NCBI GenBank assembly: GCA_963805085.1
Contig: CAWDTA010000002.1
Coordinates: 2,048,001 to 2,112,000, forward strand
Reading direction: 5' to 3'
Source of the DNA: an uncultured Veillonellaceae bacterium
Lineage (GTDB): Bacteria > Bacillota > Negativicutes > JARBTT01
Length of the DNA: 64,000 bases
The position numbers and the translations under genes were made by a program. Below the pieces are notes generated by a model. It saw only the letters and a program-made list of their open reading frames with translations, ran no database searches and was not told the origin of the DNA. Shown here piece after piece: positions 10,228-18,954 of this stretch; position 1 is the first letter of the stretch; every line of letters begins with the position of its first letter.

Positions 10228-10935
10228 TTGAGATTATATATCATACGACATGCAGATCCTGATTATCCCAATAAAACGCTTACCCCTGATGGGCATCTAG
10301 AAGCGCAGGCATTAGCTAAACGTATGGCTAATCTGGGCTTAGACCGTATTTACTGTTCTCCGAAAGGTCGAGCGCTCCATACAATGCAATATATCGCTGA
10401 TGCCATAAATATGGAAGCTAACATTTTGAATTGGACAGCAGAATTAGATAGTCTTTGTTTTGAAGCTACTCCACCTTGGCATGTTGATACTGCTTGGGAT
10501 TTTCCTGGTGAAGTGTTTTTAAATCATAAAACGCTTCCTACCCATTCGGATTGGGATAAGCAAGCTGAATTAAAAGCTTTAAATACGAAAGAAGTATTTG
10601 AAGACCTAATAAAAAATTCTGATGAATTCTTAGAGACATTAGGGTTTGAAAGACAAGGAACAAGATATAGAGTGGTTCGCCCTAATTCTGAAAAAGTTGC
10701 TGTATTTACTCATGGAGGATTTATCCTCACTTGGTTGGCGCATCTTTTACAAATACCATTGACTATCACTTGGGCAGGTTTTTGGTTAGCACCATCATCG
10801 GTAACTACTATCCTATTTGATCAACGTTCTCCCGAATGGGCTACACCTCGTTGCATCGGTCTGGGTGATACATCACACCTTTATGAGGCGAAACTGGATA
10901 TTAAGCCGAGAGGAATCAAAGCAAATTTTGATTAA
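10228..10935 (+). CDS. Histidine phosphatase family protein
   Basis: IIRHA, SPKGRA and FTHGG motifs. Confidence 0.88.
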   Translation: MRLYIIRHADPDYPNKTLTPDGHLEAQALAKRMANLGLDRIYCSPKGRALHTMQYIADAINMEANILNWTAELDSLCFEATPPWHVDTAWDFPGEVFLNHKTLPTHSDWDKQAELKALNTKEVFEDLIKNSDEFLETLGFERQGTRYRVVRPNSEKVAVFTHGGFILTWLAHLLQIPLTITWAGFWLAPSSVTTILFDQRSPEWATPRCIGLGDTSHLYEAKLDIKPRGIKANFD

Positions 10936-11028
10936 TGTGAAGCGAATACTAGATTCTTTATTCGTAAGCGTCAGACAAGGCAGTGGATAAAAAAAGAGCA
11001 AAACCTGATGTATGCCAAAAGACTGCGA

Positions 11029-11154
11029 AAGACTGAGTGACGGTTCTTGTGTCTACATGGTCACCAATAAAGTGGTATTTAGCTAGAGATTGGGAAGAAT
11101 ACTCATAATAAAATTCTAGACTGAGGACGGTCTGCAGTGCAGTCTCTTTGCCTA
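11029..11154 (+). repeat. Border palindrome R, copy 2 (11029-11055), plus an interrupted variant (11117-11154)
   Basis: AAGACTGAGTGACGGTTCTTGTGTCTA and TAGACTGAGGACGG..TCTCTTTGCCTA. Confidence 0.75.
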
Positions 11155-11181
11155 GAATGGGCATTGAAAAGATGAATTATT

Positions 11182-11242
11182 AAACAAATAGAGCATGTAC
11201 AAAATTCAAGAATATCTTGAAATGTACATGCTCTATTTGTTT
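11182..11242. terminator. 60-bp hairpin A, copy 1 (probable bidirectional terminator overlapping the xre stop)
   Basis: AAACAAATAGAGCATGTACA..TTCAAG..CTTGAA..TGTACATGCTCTATTTGTTT. Further copies at 13438, 24351, 28478, 32973, 36679 and 40579. Confidence 0.85.
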
Positions 11243-11454
11243 ATTTCTGGTTTGTCCGTTCTACCGACGAGGTAATCAAGCGAAACATCAAAATGATTTG
11301 CTAAAGCAAGGAGAACCTCAAAACTTGGTTTAGATTCATTTTTTTCATACAAAAATATAATTCTACGTTTTACACCTATTATCTCAGCTAAATCTTCAGC
11401 TTTTAAGCTATATTCTTTTCTTAGGTAGTTTAATCTTTCACCGAAAGAAGACAT
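11233..11454 (-). CDS. Xre-family HTH repressor
   Basis: FGERL..LAEIIGV..YEKNESKPSFEVL..FDVSLDYLVGRTD. Confidence 0.9.
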   Translation of the reverse strand: MSSFGERLNYLRKEYSLKAEDLAEIIGVKRRIIFLYEKNESKPSFEVLLALANHFDVSLDYLVGRTDKPEINK

Positions 11455-11481
11455 AAAATCACATCATTTCAAATAAATATA

Positions 11482-11531
11482 TTGACAGTGCAATTTAAAT
11501 GCACTAAAATAAAAGTGTATTTAAATTGCAC
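11482..11531 (+). promoter_or_regulatory. SigA promoter with two palindromic operators, divergent from xre
   Basis: TTGACA-17-TAAAAT; operators GTGCAATTTAAATGCAC and GTGTATTTAAATTGCAC. Confidence 0.75.
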
Positions 11532-11615
11532 ATTTTAAACCGTGCGGAAAATTTCAGATAAGACAATGTAAGTATATCATTTTTAGTAAACCATTACATT
11601 TGTGATGGAATAAGA

Positions 11616-11846
11616 TTATTTTCTATTTGGATTATCTGATCTGCCCACAAGATAATCAAGCGAAACATCAAAGTAGTCTGCAAGAGCAATAAGAGTGCTA
11701 AAGGATGGCAAATTCATACCCTTTTCAAATTGTGTGATACTACCTTTGCTTTTTAGCCCTAGAGCATCGGCTAGTTTCTGAGTTGAAATTTCTTTTGTTT
11801 CACGAAGCAATTTTAATCTAGTAGAAAAAATATTTTTATCATCCAT
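11616..11846 (-). CDS. Xre-family HTH repressor
   Basis: FSTRLKLLR..QKLADALG..PSFSTLIALADYFDVSLDYLVGRSD. Confidence 0.9.
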   Translation of the reverse strand: MDDKNIFSTRLKLLRETKEISTQKLADALGLKSKGSITQFEKGMNLPSFSTLIALADYFDVSLDYLVGRSDNPNRK

Positions 11847-11857
11847 AACAAAACCTC

Positions 11858-11913
11858 TTGACGGTTAGTGTAACTAACCATTATAATATAAATATAGGTT
11901 AGTAATACTAACC
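11858..11913 (+). promoter_or_regulatory. SigA promoter with two palindromic operators, divergent from xre
   Basis: TTGACG..TATAAT; operators GGTTAGTGTAACTAACC and GGTTAGTAATACTAACC. Confidence 0.75.
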
Positions 11914-12149
11914 GAAAGATGAGCGAATTAGTTATTCTTAAAATAGTTAAAACAAAAAAATAAAACGGAACTGACCAATCTATTATTAGTCAGCAATGTA
12001 GTAGTCTATTAAACTTAATTATACCCGATATTGGATATAGTTCCTAGTAAAATCAAGAAAATGACAGAAATTAAGCTTGTATTATCTGCATCTGTACATA
12101 AAGAACTCTAGTGATTGATAACAAAATAACAATTGGAGGGGGATTTACT

Positions 12150-12443
12150 ATGGTAAAGAGTGTGTTTGATTTGTTGGCTTCTACGATAAAGCATGAAAAA
12201 TTAATTGATTTACAGCTGGAGAAATATTCTAGTGAGTATTACTATGCGAATGAAAAAGTTCTTGCGTATCAGAAAAAAATCAAGAGTGCATTGCCAGTGG
12301 AGTTGCAGGACAATTTGATGGCGCTTGATGATGAATATATTGGTATGCTGAGTAGCGGGATGGACGTATATTATCGGCAAGGATTTTCCGATGCAGTTCA
12401 GCTGATTATGGAGTCTTTAACTTGGGCTCCAACGAGAAGTTGA
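12150..12443 (+). CDS. Conserved 97-aa module protein B, copy 1 (possibly DUF6809-like)
   Basis: RBS GGAGG; near-identical to 14436-14729 and 25000-25293; C-terminal YYRQGFSDAVQLIM. Confidence 0.85.
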   Translation: MVKSVFDLLASTIKHEKLIDLQLEKYSSEYYYANEKVLAYQKKIKSALPVELQDNLMALDDEYIGMLSSGMDVYYRQGFSDAVQLIMESLTWAPTRS

Positions 12444-12753
12444 ATGCCAAAAATATAAATGGTAGAGCAAATTCGTTCATACATGAACTGTTACAGCTTT
12501 GGGGTATGATTAACGAAAACTTTATAATAAGCAAAAAGTCCAGCTAAACATAGAAGTTAGCTGGATTTTTATTATAATATTTACTTTTTTTTGACACAAA
12601 ATCATTGTTTTCTGACACCATCTTTACGGTAAATCATGTTAATATCAAGGTGAAAATAATGATGAAGGCGATGACGATGATGGATTTTAAAGGCTCTTTA
12701 CAGGTGAGTCATTCGATAGTCTTATTATCAATTTTAAAAAGAAGGTGAATGTT

Positions 12754-12840
12754 ATGACAGAGGCCTTACCTCTCTTTACATTTTGTTTAGGATTTTGCAT
12801 TGGCTTATTGTTATGGCCAAAACTTATAGGATTTAAATAA
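12754..12840 (+). CDS. 28-aa hydrophobic small protein (MTEALPLFTFCLGFCIGLLLWPKLIGFK)
   Basis: RBS GAAGGTG; the frame is conserved in the second copy at 28181. Confidence 0.55.
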   Translation: MTEALPLFTFCLGFCIGLLLWPKLIGFK

Positions 12841-13089
12841 ATGACTTTATTTTTACACCAGAACCAAGCTTTACATAAACTTAATAAATAGAAAGTGAAA
12901 TTGTTAAATTAATAAGAAATAGGGGAAGGGATATTGGTTCATAATGAAATGTGTACAGTCAATTATTTTGATTCATTCTCCAAGCTTTTTGACTTTTAAA
13001 AATGAGTATGATAGATTTATTAAAATATAATGATTGGAGTTGAAAAAATGATTAAATTTTCTTGCTAATTTTACAAAGCATAATAAGAT

Positions 13090-13260
13090 TGTGCGAGCAG
13101 AAAACGCTGCTTGTTTTGTTGTGCTTATGCAAGAAAGTTACTAATTTTTTCACTTAGACAATATAACCTCGCCATGCCTACTATGAGGCTGGCTTTGCTG
13201 TATTTATGAGCTGTAAGAATTAACTTTTCTTGCAGCTCATAATTTTTTTATGCAGGAGGA
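13090..13260 (+). promoter_or_regulatory. Probable attenuator leader of an Lsa-type ABC-F gene
   Basis: Long 5' UTR with terminator ATGAGCTGTAAGAA..TTCTTGCAGCTCAT followed by a U-run, directly before the RBS. Confidence 0.55.
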
Positions 13261-13266
13261 TAAATT

Positions 13267-13353
13267 ATGTCTTTAATAAACATTTCAAATCTGACCTTTG
13301 GTTATGACGGCAGTTACGATAACATATTCGAAAAGGTAAGTTTTCAAATAGAT
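13267..13353 (+). pseudogene. First 29 codons of an Lsa/CplR-family ABC-F ribosomal protection gene
   Basis: MSLINISNLTFGYDGSYDNIFEKVSFQID, cut exactly at palindrome R3. Confidence 0.8.
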
Positions 13354-13380
13354 AGACTAAGTGACGGTTCTCTTTGTCTA
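13353..13380 (+). repeat. Border palindrome R, copy 3 (best consensus match)
   Basis: TAGACTAAGTGACGGTTCTCTTTGTCTA. Confidence 0.85.
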
Positions 13381-13437
13381 AAATAGTCATAAAAATAAGT
13401 GTATTTTTTAAGAAAAGTTGTTAGATTATTTCACATT

Positions 13438-13540
13438 AAACAAATAGAGCATGTACAAAATTCAAGAATAACTTGAATTGTACATGCTCTATTTGTTTAT
13501 TTCTGGTTTGTCTGTTCTACCAACGAGGTAATCAAGTGAA
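13438..13540. repeat. Hairpin A copy 2, plus a 3' remnant of the 11233 xre gene
   Basis: Matches 11182-11285. Confidence 0.85.
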
Positions 13541-13576
13541 GAATGACAGTTCTCGCGGTTGTAAAGGATTGAAGTA

Positions 13577-13975
13577 TTAATTCTTTTTGTTTTTTTCTTT
13601 CACATGCCAAAAACTAAATTCTAATGCCGTCCGTAGTTTAGCCTTGTCCTCAGCATCAAGGTGATAAATCTCACCATCGAACATAATTTCTGCTTGTTCG
13701 AGGAACATTGCCAAGTCTGTGAGAGCTTTTTTATTTTCAGATGATTCAGAGGGGGTAGGCTGGTTATCTAATATTTCATCAGCAGTAACATTGAAAATTT
13801 TTGTAAGTTGGTTTATGTGATCAATATTTAATTTTCTGCCACCGCGACCAGTTTCTAAATCATAATAATATTGCGGAGATATATTCATTAATTTTGCAAT
13901 TATATTGCCTGAACGTAATGCTTTATCAGGGTGTGTTTGGCGAATTTTCCTCAAGTTATTAGGTGATTCACTCAT
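13577..13975 (-). CDS. Xre/ImmR-like repressor with C-terminal domain
   Basis: LRKIR..ISPQYYYDLETG..IFNVTADEIL; C-terminal IMFDGE..LDAEDK. Confidence 0.8.
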   Translation of the reverse strand: MSESPNNLRKIRQTHPDKALRSGNIIAKLMNISPQYYYDLETGRGGRKLNIDHINQLTKIFNVTADEILDNQPTPSESSENKKALTDLAMFLEQAEIMFDGEIYHLDAEDKAKLRTALEFSFWHVKEKNKKN

Positions 13976-14435
13976 AAGTTATAACCTCGCCTTTTCGTCT
14001 ATTTGTTGAATCGAGATAATAGTATTATCAAATATAATTTAAATCATCGAATTGATGATAATAAGAGTAAATGAAAGTAAATTGACAAAAAACAGAGGAT
14101 TAGTTATAAAATAGACATCAATTGATTAGTATGACATTTGAAAAGTATCGTCAATTTGTTTATAATAATAAGTAATTAATCAGCAATATGTTGACTGATT
14201 GATTTTTAAATAATAGGTGGGAGCTCATTTTCATCTACATTTTCTAAAATAAATACATAAATATTCTAAGATATCTCAAAAAGTAAAAATCTATATAAAC
14301 TTAATTATACCCGATATTGAATATAGTTCCTAGTAAAATCAAGAAAATGACAAAAATTAAGCTTGTGTTGGATGTATCTGTACATAGAAAACTCTAGTGA
14401 CTGATAACGAAATAACAATTGGAGGGGGATTTACT

Positions 14436-14729
14436 ATGGTAAAGAGTGTGTTTGACTTGTTGGCTTCTACGATAAAGCATGAGAAATTGATTGATTTACA
14501 ATTGGAGAAATATTCTAGTGAGTATTATTATGCGAATGAAAAAGTTCTTGCGTATCAGAAACAAATCAAGAGTGCATTGCCATTAGAGTTGCAGGAAACT
14601 TTGATAGAGCTTGATGATGAATATAGTAGTATGCTGAGCAGCGGAATGGACATATATTATCGGCAAGGATTTTCCGATGCAGTTCAGTTGATTATGGAGT
14701 CTTTAACTTGGGCTCCAACGAGAAGTTGA
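14436..14729 (+). CDS. Module protein B, copy 2
   Basis: Near-identical to 12150-12443, including about 140 bp of upstream DNA. Confidence 0.85.
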   Translation: MVKSVFDLLASTIKHEKLIDLQLEKYSSEYYYANEKVLAYQKQIKSALPLELQETLIELDDEYSSMLSSGMDIYYRQGFSDAVQLIMESLTWAPTRS

Positions 14730-14883
14730 ATCGAATTTATAAATCACAACAATAAGAAAACCGTAACATATACATTTCGCTATATGTTACGGTTTTCTTA
14801 TTGTTTACCTATTGTTCCGATGATATAATGCTGTTAGGCGTACGAAACGGAAGCGGTTGTTAATCTGCCCTCACGGGGGTGAT

Positions 14884-14949
14884 ATGTTGGAGCAGGAAAT
14901 ACTTGTATTATTCTTGATTCTGCTTATCTTAAAAGAGACAAAAAAATAA
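14884..14949 (+). CDS. Putative type I toxin, 21 aa (MLEQEILVLFLILLILKETKK), copy 1
   Basis: RBS GGGGGTGA; hydrophobic core with basic tail; TGaTATAAT upstream; 5' and 3' UTRs are complementary. Confidence 0.7.
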   Translation: MLEQEILVLFLILLILKETKK

Positions 14950-15076
14950 CCGCTATCCTCGTCGAAAAGCGCTAGCGGTTATTTTGATATAAAATTAGCC
15001 TAAGCCTTTGTCAGACGACCGTTTCCAGTACGTCTTTTTATATTCTTATCTTATAACAGGCAAAGTATACTGTCAA
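14940..15076 (-). ncRNA. Putative antisense antitoxin RNA with its promoter, copy 1
   Basis: Minus-strand TTGACA(15076-15071)-17-TAAGAT; AAAATAACCGCTA..TAGCGGTTATTTT terminator overlaps the toxin 3' end. Confidence 0.6.
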
Positions 15077-15363
15077 GAAGATTTAGTCTTTAAAAAACAT
15101 TCTAGTAAGTAATATCATGCTAGTGGAAAGGTACTATTATTGGCAAGGATTTTCCGATGCAGTTCAGCTGATTATGGAGTCTTTAACATGGGCTCCAACG
15201 AGAAGTTGAATCGAATTTATAAATCACAATAATAAGAACTCCGTAACATATACATTTGGCTGTATGTTACGGAGTTCTTATTGTTCACCTATTGTTTCGA
15301 TGATATAATGCTGTTAGACGTACGAAACGGAAGCGGTTGTTAATCTGCCCCTAAGGGGGTGAT

Positions 15364-15429
15364 ATGTTGGAGCAGGAAATACTTGTATTATTCTTGATTC
15401 TGCTTATCTTAAAAGAGACAAAAAAATAA
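15364..15429 (+). CDS. Putative type I toxin, copy 2
   Basis: Identical ORF to 14884-14949. Confidence 0.7.
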   Translation: MLEQEILVLFLILLILKETKK

Positions 15430-15702
15430 CCGCTACTCTCGCCTAAAAGTGCTAGCGGTTATTTTCATATAAATTTAGCCTAAAGCCTTTGTCAGACGAC
15501 CGTTTCCAGTACGTCTTTCTATATTCTTATCTTATAACAGGCAAAGTATACTGTCAAGAAGATTTAGTCTTTAAAAAGCATTTTAGTAAGTAATATCATG
15601 CTAATGGAAAGGTACTATTATTGGCAAGGATTTTCCGATGTAGTTCAGCTGCTTATGGAGATTTTGACTTGGGCTTCAACGCGGAGCTAAAGTAAAAATA
15701 GA

Positions 15703-15727
15703 AGACTAAGTGATGTTTTCTTGTATA
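15703..15727 (+). repeat. Border palindrome R, copy 4 (degenerate)
   Basis: AGACTAAGTGATGTTTTCTTGTATA. Confidence 0.55.
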
Positions 15728-15941
15728 ATAACAGAGGAAGCATTAAATTAGAAGGCGTGAGAAGATGCATTATGGTCTGAATCGCTTAAACGATTATTTG
15801 TTTAAAGAGATTTTGGCAGGAATTCTGCTTTTTTTAGGGAACTTTCTAATGAAATATAGTACATTGGAATGAATTGATAATGTGTCGTAGCATACGGTTG
15901 ATACTATAAACCATCTAAACAGAAATAAGGAGTTTTGTCTG

Positions 15942-16634
15942 ATGTTTAGTCCAATAAAGAATACAAAAGTCTATGAATTGGTATTTGAACAAATGAAACA
16001 TATGATTGTAAATGGAACCTTAAAACGGGGAGACAAGCTGCCTTCAGAAAGAGAACTGGTGGAGCAGCTTCAGGTCAGCAGAACATCTATACGCGAAGCA
16101 CTACGAGCGCTGCAAATCATTGGCTTAGTAGAGTGTAGACATGGGGAAGGAAATTATATTAGAGAGAAATTTGAAAATAGTTTGTTTGAGCCGCTATCCA
16201 TTATGTTTATGTTGCATGAGAGCACTCCGAAAGACATTATTGAAGTTAGAATGATTATGGAGTTAGAAGCAGTGGCCACGGCGGCAAATAAAATTACGGA
16301 TGAAGAGCTTGTAAATTTGGCGATATTAGTAAAGAACTTTAAGGATTCGCAAAGCGAAGACGAGAATGTCAAGATTGATAAGAAGTTTCACTACGAAATC
16401 GCGCGAGCTTCTGGAAATTTTCTTCTGTTTAATATATTAAATGTGATATCTGAATTAATAGATTCGTTTATTGATGATGCTAGAAGAAAAATCATCATCA
16501 ATGAAAAAAATATAGAGCTGTTGGCGAAACAGCATGAAGATATATATGAGGCATTGCAAAGGCGCAATCCTCAAGAGGCTATTGCGGCCATGAAAAGACA
16601 TTTGGATATTGCTAATGAATATATGCTTAAATAA
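15942..16634 (+). CDS. FadR/GntR-family regulator (LctA/LldR-like)
   Basis: GDKLPSERELVEQLQVSRTSIREAL plus an FCD domain. Confidence 0.92.
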   Translation: MFSPIKNTKVYELVFEQMKHMIVNGTLKRGDKLPSERELVEQLQVSRTSIREALRALQIIGLVECRHGEGNYIREKFENSLFEPLSIMFMLHESTPKDIIEVRMIMELEAVATAANKITDEELVNLAILVKNFKDSQSEDENVKIDKKFHYEIARASGNFLLFNILNVISELIDSFIDDARRKIIINEKNIELLAKQHEDIYEALQRRNPQEAIAAMKRHLDIANEYMLK

Positions 16635-16730
16635 AAAATTGGAAAATCAACTGCGTAATGGTAACGCAGTTGATTTTTTTTACTAGTAATAGTGGAAAAT
16701 TTTACAATAACATGGTAATATATGAATAAC

Positions 16731-16741
16731 TGGTCATACCA
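16731..16741. promoter_or_regulatory. FadR-type operator TGGTCATACCA
   Basis: TGGT-N3-ACCA palindrome upstream of etfB; a related site TGGTCTGACGTATGACCA lies at about 17694. Confidence 0.65.
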
Positions 16742-16784
16742 TAATACCAATATGGTTCCTGAAAAACAAATAGGGGGTAAACGT

Positions 16785-17573
16785 ATGGACATTTTAGTAT
16801 GTGTAAAGCAAGTACCAGAAACTTCAAAAGTTGAAGTCGATCCAGTAACAGGAGTATTAAAACGCGATGGTGTAGATTCCAAAATGAACCCGTACGATTT
16901 ATATGCGTTAGAAACAGCCTTGCGGATAAAGGAAGAGGTCGGCGGAACGGTAAAAGTGATAAGTATGGGGCCGCCGCAGGCCGCAGAAGTAATTAAAGAG
17001 GCGTATATGATGGGCGCAGATGCAGGTGTTCTACTGTCAGATCGCAAATTTGCCGGAGCGGATGTCTTAGCAACCGCGTATACCATATCACAAGGTGTTA
17101 GAAAAATGGGTAATGTAGATCTAATATTGTGCGGTAAGCAAACAACTGACGGCGATACTGCGCAAGTTGGACCAGAAATGGCGGAATATTTAGCAATGCC
17201 GCATATCGCAAATGTCATAAAAATTGAGAAGATAAAGGATGCTTCGCTGATAGTAGAAATGGATATGCCGCATACGGTTGAAGTAGCAGAAATACAATGT
17301 CCATGTTTATTAACGGTGGAAAAAGATATTTATCAGCCACGGCTGCCTTCTTATAAGAAAAAACTATCTACGAAAGATTGGGACGTCAGCATATTTAGTT
17401 TACATGATTTTGCCGATCAAAACGAAAAAAACTATGGATTAAATGGGTCGCCTACGCAGGTTGAAAGAATATTTCCGCCTGCCGTAAATACCGACAAAGA
17501 AATTTGGAGAGGAGCAGGCGTGGAATTAGCTGATAAGTTGACGAGTAAACTGAAAGAATTAAGATTTGTGTAA
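16785..17573 (+). CDS. etfB: Electron transfer flavoprotein beta subunit (LctB-like)
   Basis: ILVCVKQVP, FAGADVLAT, CGKQTTDGDTAQVGP and GLNGSPTQV motifs; RBS GGGGGT. Confidence 0.95.
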   Translation: MDILVCVKQVPETSKVEVDPVTGVLKRDGVDSKMNPYDLYALETALRIKEEVGGTVKVISMGPPQAAEVIKEAYMMGADAGVLLSDRKFAGADVLATAYTISQGVRKMGNVDLILCGKQTTDGDTAQVGPEMAEYLAMPHIANVIKIEKIKDASLIVEMDMPHTVEVAEIQCPCLLTVEKDIYQPRLPSYKKKLSTKDWDVSIFSLHDFADQNEKNYGLNGSPTQVERIFPPAVNTDKEIWRGAGVELADKLTSKLKELRFV

Positions 17574-17585
17574 TAGCAGCGTACT

Positions 17586-17664
17586 TGATTATATAGTGAT
17601 TATATAGTGATTATATAGTGATTATATAGTGATTATATAGTGATTATATAGTGATTATATAGTG
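17586..17664. repeat. Perfect tandem repeat (TGATTATATAG) x7
   Basis: Read directly in the etfB-etfA intergenic region. Confidence 0.95.
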
Positions 17665-17725
17665 CACATGTACTGGTCTGACGTATGACCACTGCTGATA
17701 AAATCGTTGCAAGGAGGAGAATACT

Positions 17726-18916
17726 GTGAGCAGATTAATTGTAAATCAGGAAACAGTAAATGCATTACAGATAAATGAGTTAGTTAAACTATGTCCTTTT
17801 GGCGCAATTGAAGAAAAGGGTGGCAAGATAGAAGTAAACGCCGCTTGCAAAATGTGCAAGCTTTGCGTTAAAAATGGACCGGCTGGGGTAATGAAATTTG
17901 TGGAAGACGAAGTGCCAACAATCGATAAAAGCTTATGGAAGGGTGTCGCTGTTTATGTAGATCACGTGGATGGCGACATACATCCTGTAACTTTTGAGCT
18001 TATCGGTAAAGCCAAAGAGCTGGCGGCAAAGGTAAATTATCCTGTTTACGCGGTCTTCATCGGGCATAGCATTGCGGATAAAGCTGAAGAACTCTTGCAT
18101 TATGGAGTAGATGAGATTTTCATATATGATTTTGCCGAATTAAAAGATTTTAGAATTGAGCCATATACAGCAGCCATGGAAGAGTTTATAAAAAAAGTAA
18201 AGCCTTCTACCTTATTGGTTGGTGCTACAACAATCGGAAGATCGCTCGCGCCTAGAGTTGCGGCACGATTTAAGACAGGTCTGACGGCTGATTGCACTAT
18301 TCTTGATATGAAGGATAATACAGACCTTGTGCAAATAAGACCGGCGTTTGGCGGTAATATCATGGCGCAGATTATAAACCCCAATCATAGGCCGCAGCTG
18401 GCGACAGTACGATATAAGATAATGAACGCCCCAGAAAGATTGCCTGAGAGAAAAGGCAAGATAACGCCTTGTTCTATGAATACAGACACGTTACACTCCG
18501 CGATTACCGTATTACAGGTAACACAAAAAGAAGTGGAAGCAAGTATTTCCGACGCGGAAGTAATTGTCGCAGTCGGCAGAGGTATAAAATCGGAAAAAGA
18601 TGTAGCGATGATTAAAGAATTAGCTGAATTGCTTGGCGCACAGGTAGCGGCAACACGCCCGCTTATTGAAGCAGGTTGGGCGGAGACCAAGCGTCAAATT
18701 GGCTTAAGTGGCAGAACCGTAAAACCAAAACTAATTATTACCTGCGGCATATCCGGAGCGGTACAATTTACGGCAGCCATGAATCAGGCGGATTGCATAG
18801 TCGCGATTAATCAAGATCCCAGGGCTGCGATATTCAATGTGGCGCATTATGGTATAGTCGGCGATATATATGAAGTAATTCCTCACTTAATCAATAATTT
18901 AAAAGAAAAACATTAA
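17726..18916 (+). CDS. etfA: ETF alpha subunit with N-terminal ferredoxin-like domain (LctC-like)
   Basis: CPFGAI..CKMCKLC, GLTADCT, RPAFGGN, QIGLSGRTVKP and GISGAVQF motifs. Confidence 0.95.
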   Translation: MSRLIVNQETVNALQINELVKLCPFGAIEEKGGKIEVNAACKMCKLCVKNGPAGVMKFVEDEVPTIDKSLWKGVAVYVDHVDGDIHPVTFELIGKAKELAAKVNYPVYAVFIGHSIADKAEELLHYGVDEIFIYDFAELKDFRIEPYTAAMEEFIKKVKPSTLLVGATTIGRSLAPRVAARFKTGLTADCTILDMKDNTDLVQIRPAFGGNIMAQIINPNHRPQLATVRYKIMNAPERLPERKGKITPCSMNTDTLHSAITVLQVTQKEVEASISDAEVIVAVGRGIKSEKDVAMIKELAELLGAQVAATRPLIEAGWAETKRQIGLSGRTVKPKLIITCGISGAVQFTAAMNQADCIVAINQDPRAAIFNVAHYGIVGDIYEVIPHLINNLKEKH

Positions 18917-18954
18917 CTTGTATTTCTTAGAAATAGATGGCTGGAGGTAATAAA

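Larger units (their letters stand above)
14657..15690 (+). repeat. Tandem duplication of a 480-bp unit (3' end of B plus a type I TA locus)
   Basis: Lines 14881 and 15361 are identical at a 480-bp offset; the B 3' end recurs at about 15135-15209 and 15616-15690. Confidence 0.9.

Noticed and set aside
11233-14729. Intact prophage
   Set aside because: Only repressor-like genes are present; no integrase, replication, structural or lysis genes.
17586-17664. Possible CRISPR array
   Set aside because: The 11-bp units are contiguous with no spacers and there are no cas genes; it is a simple tandem repeat.
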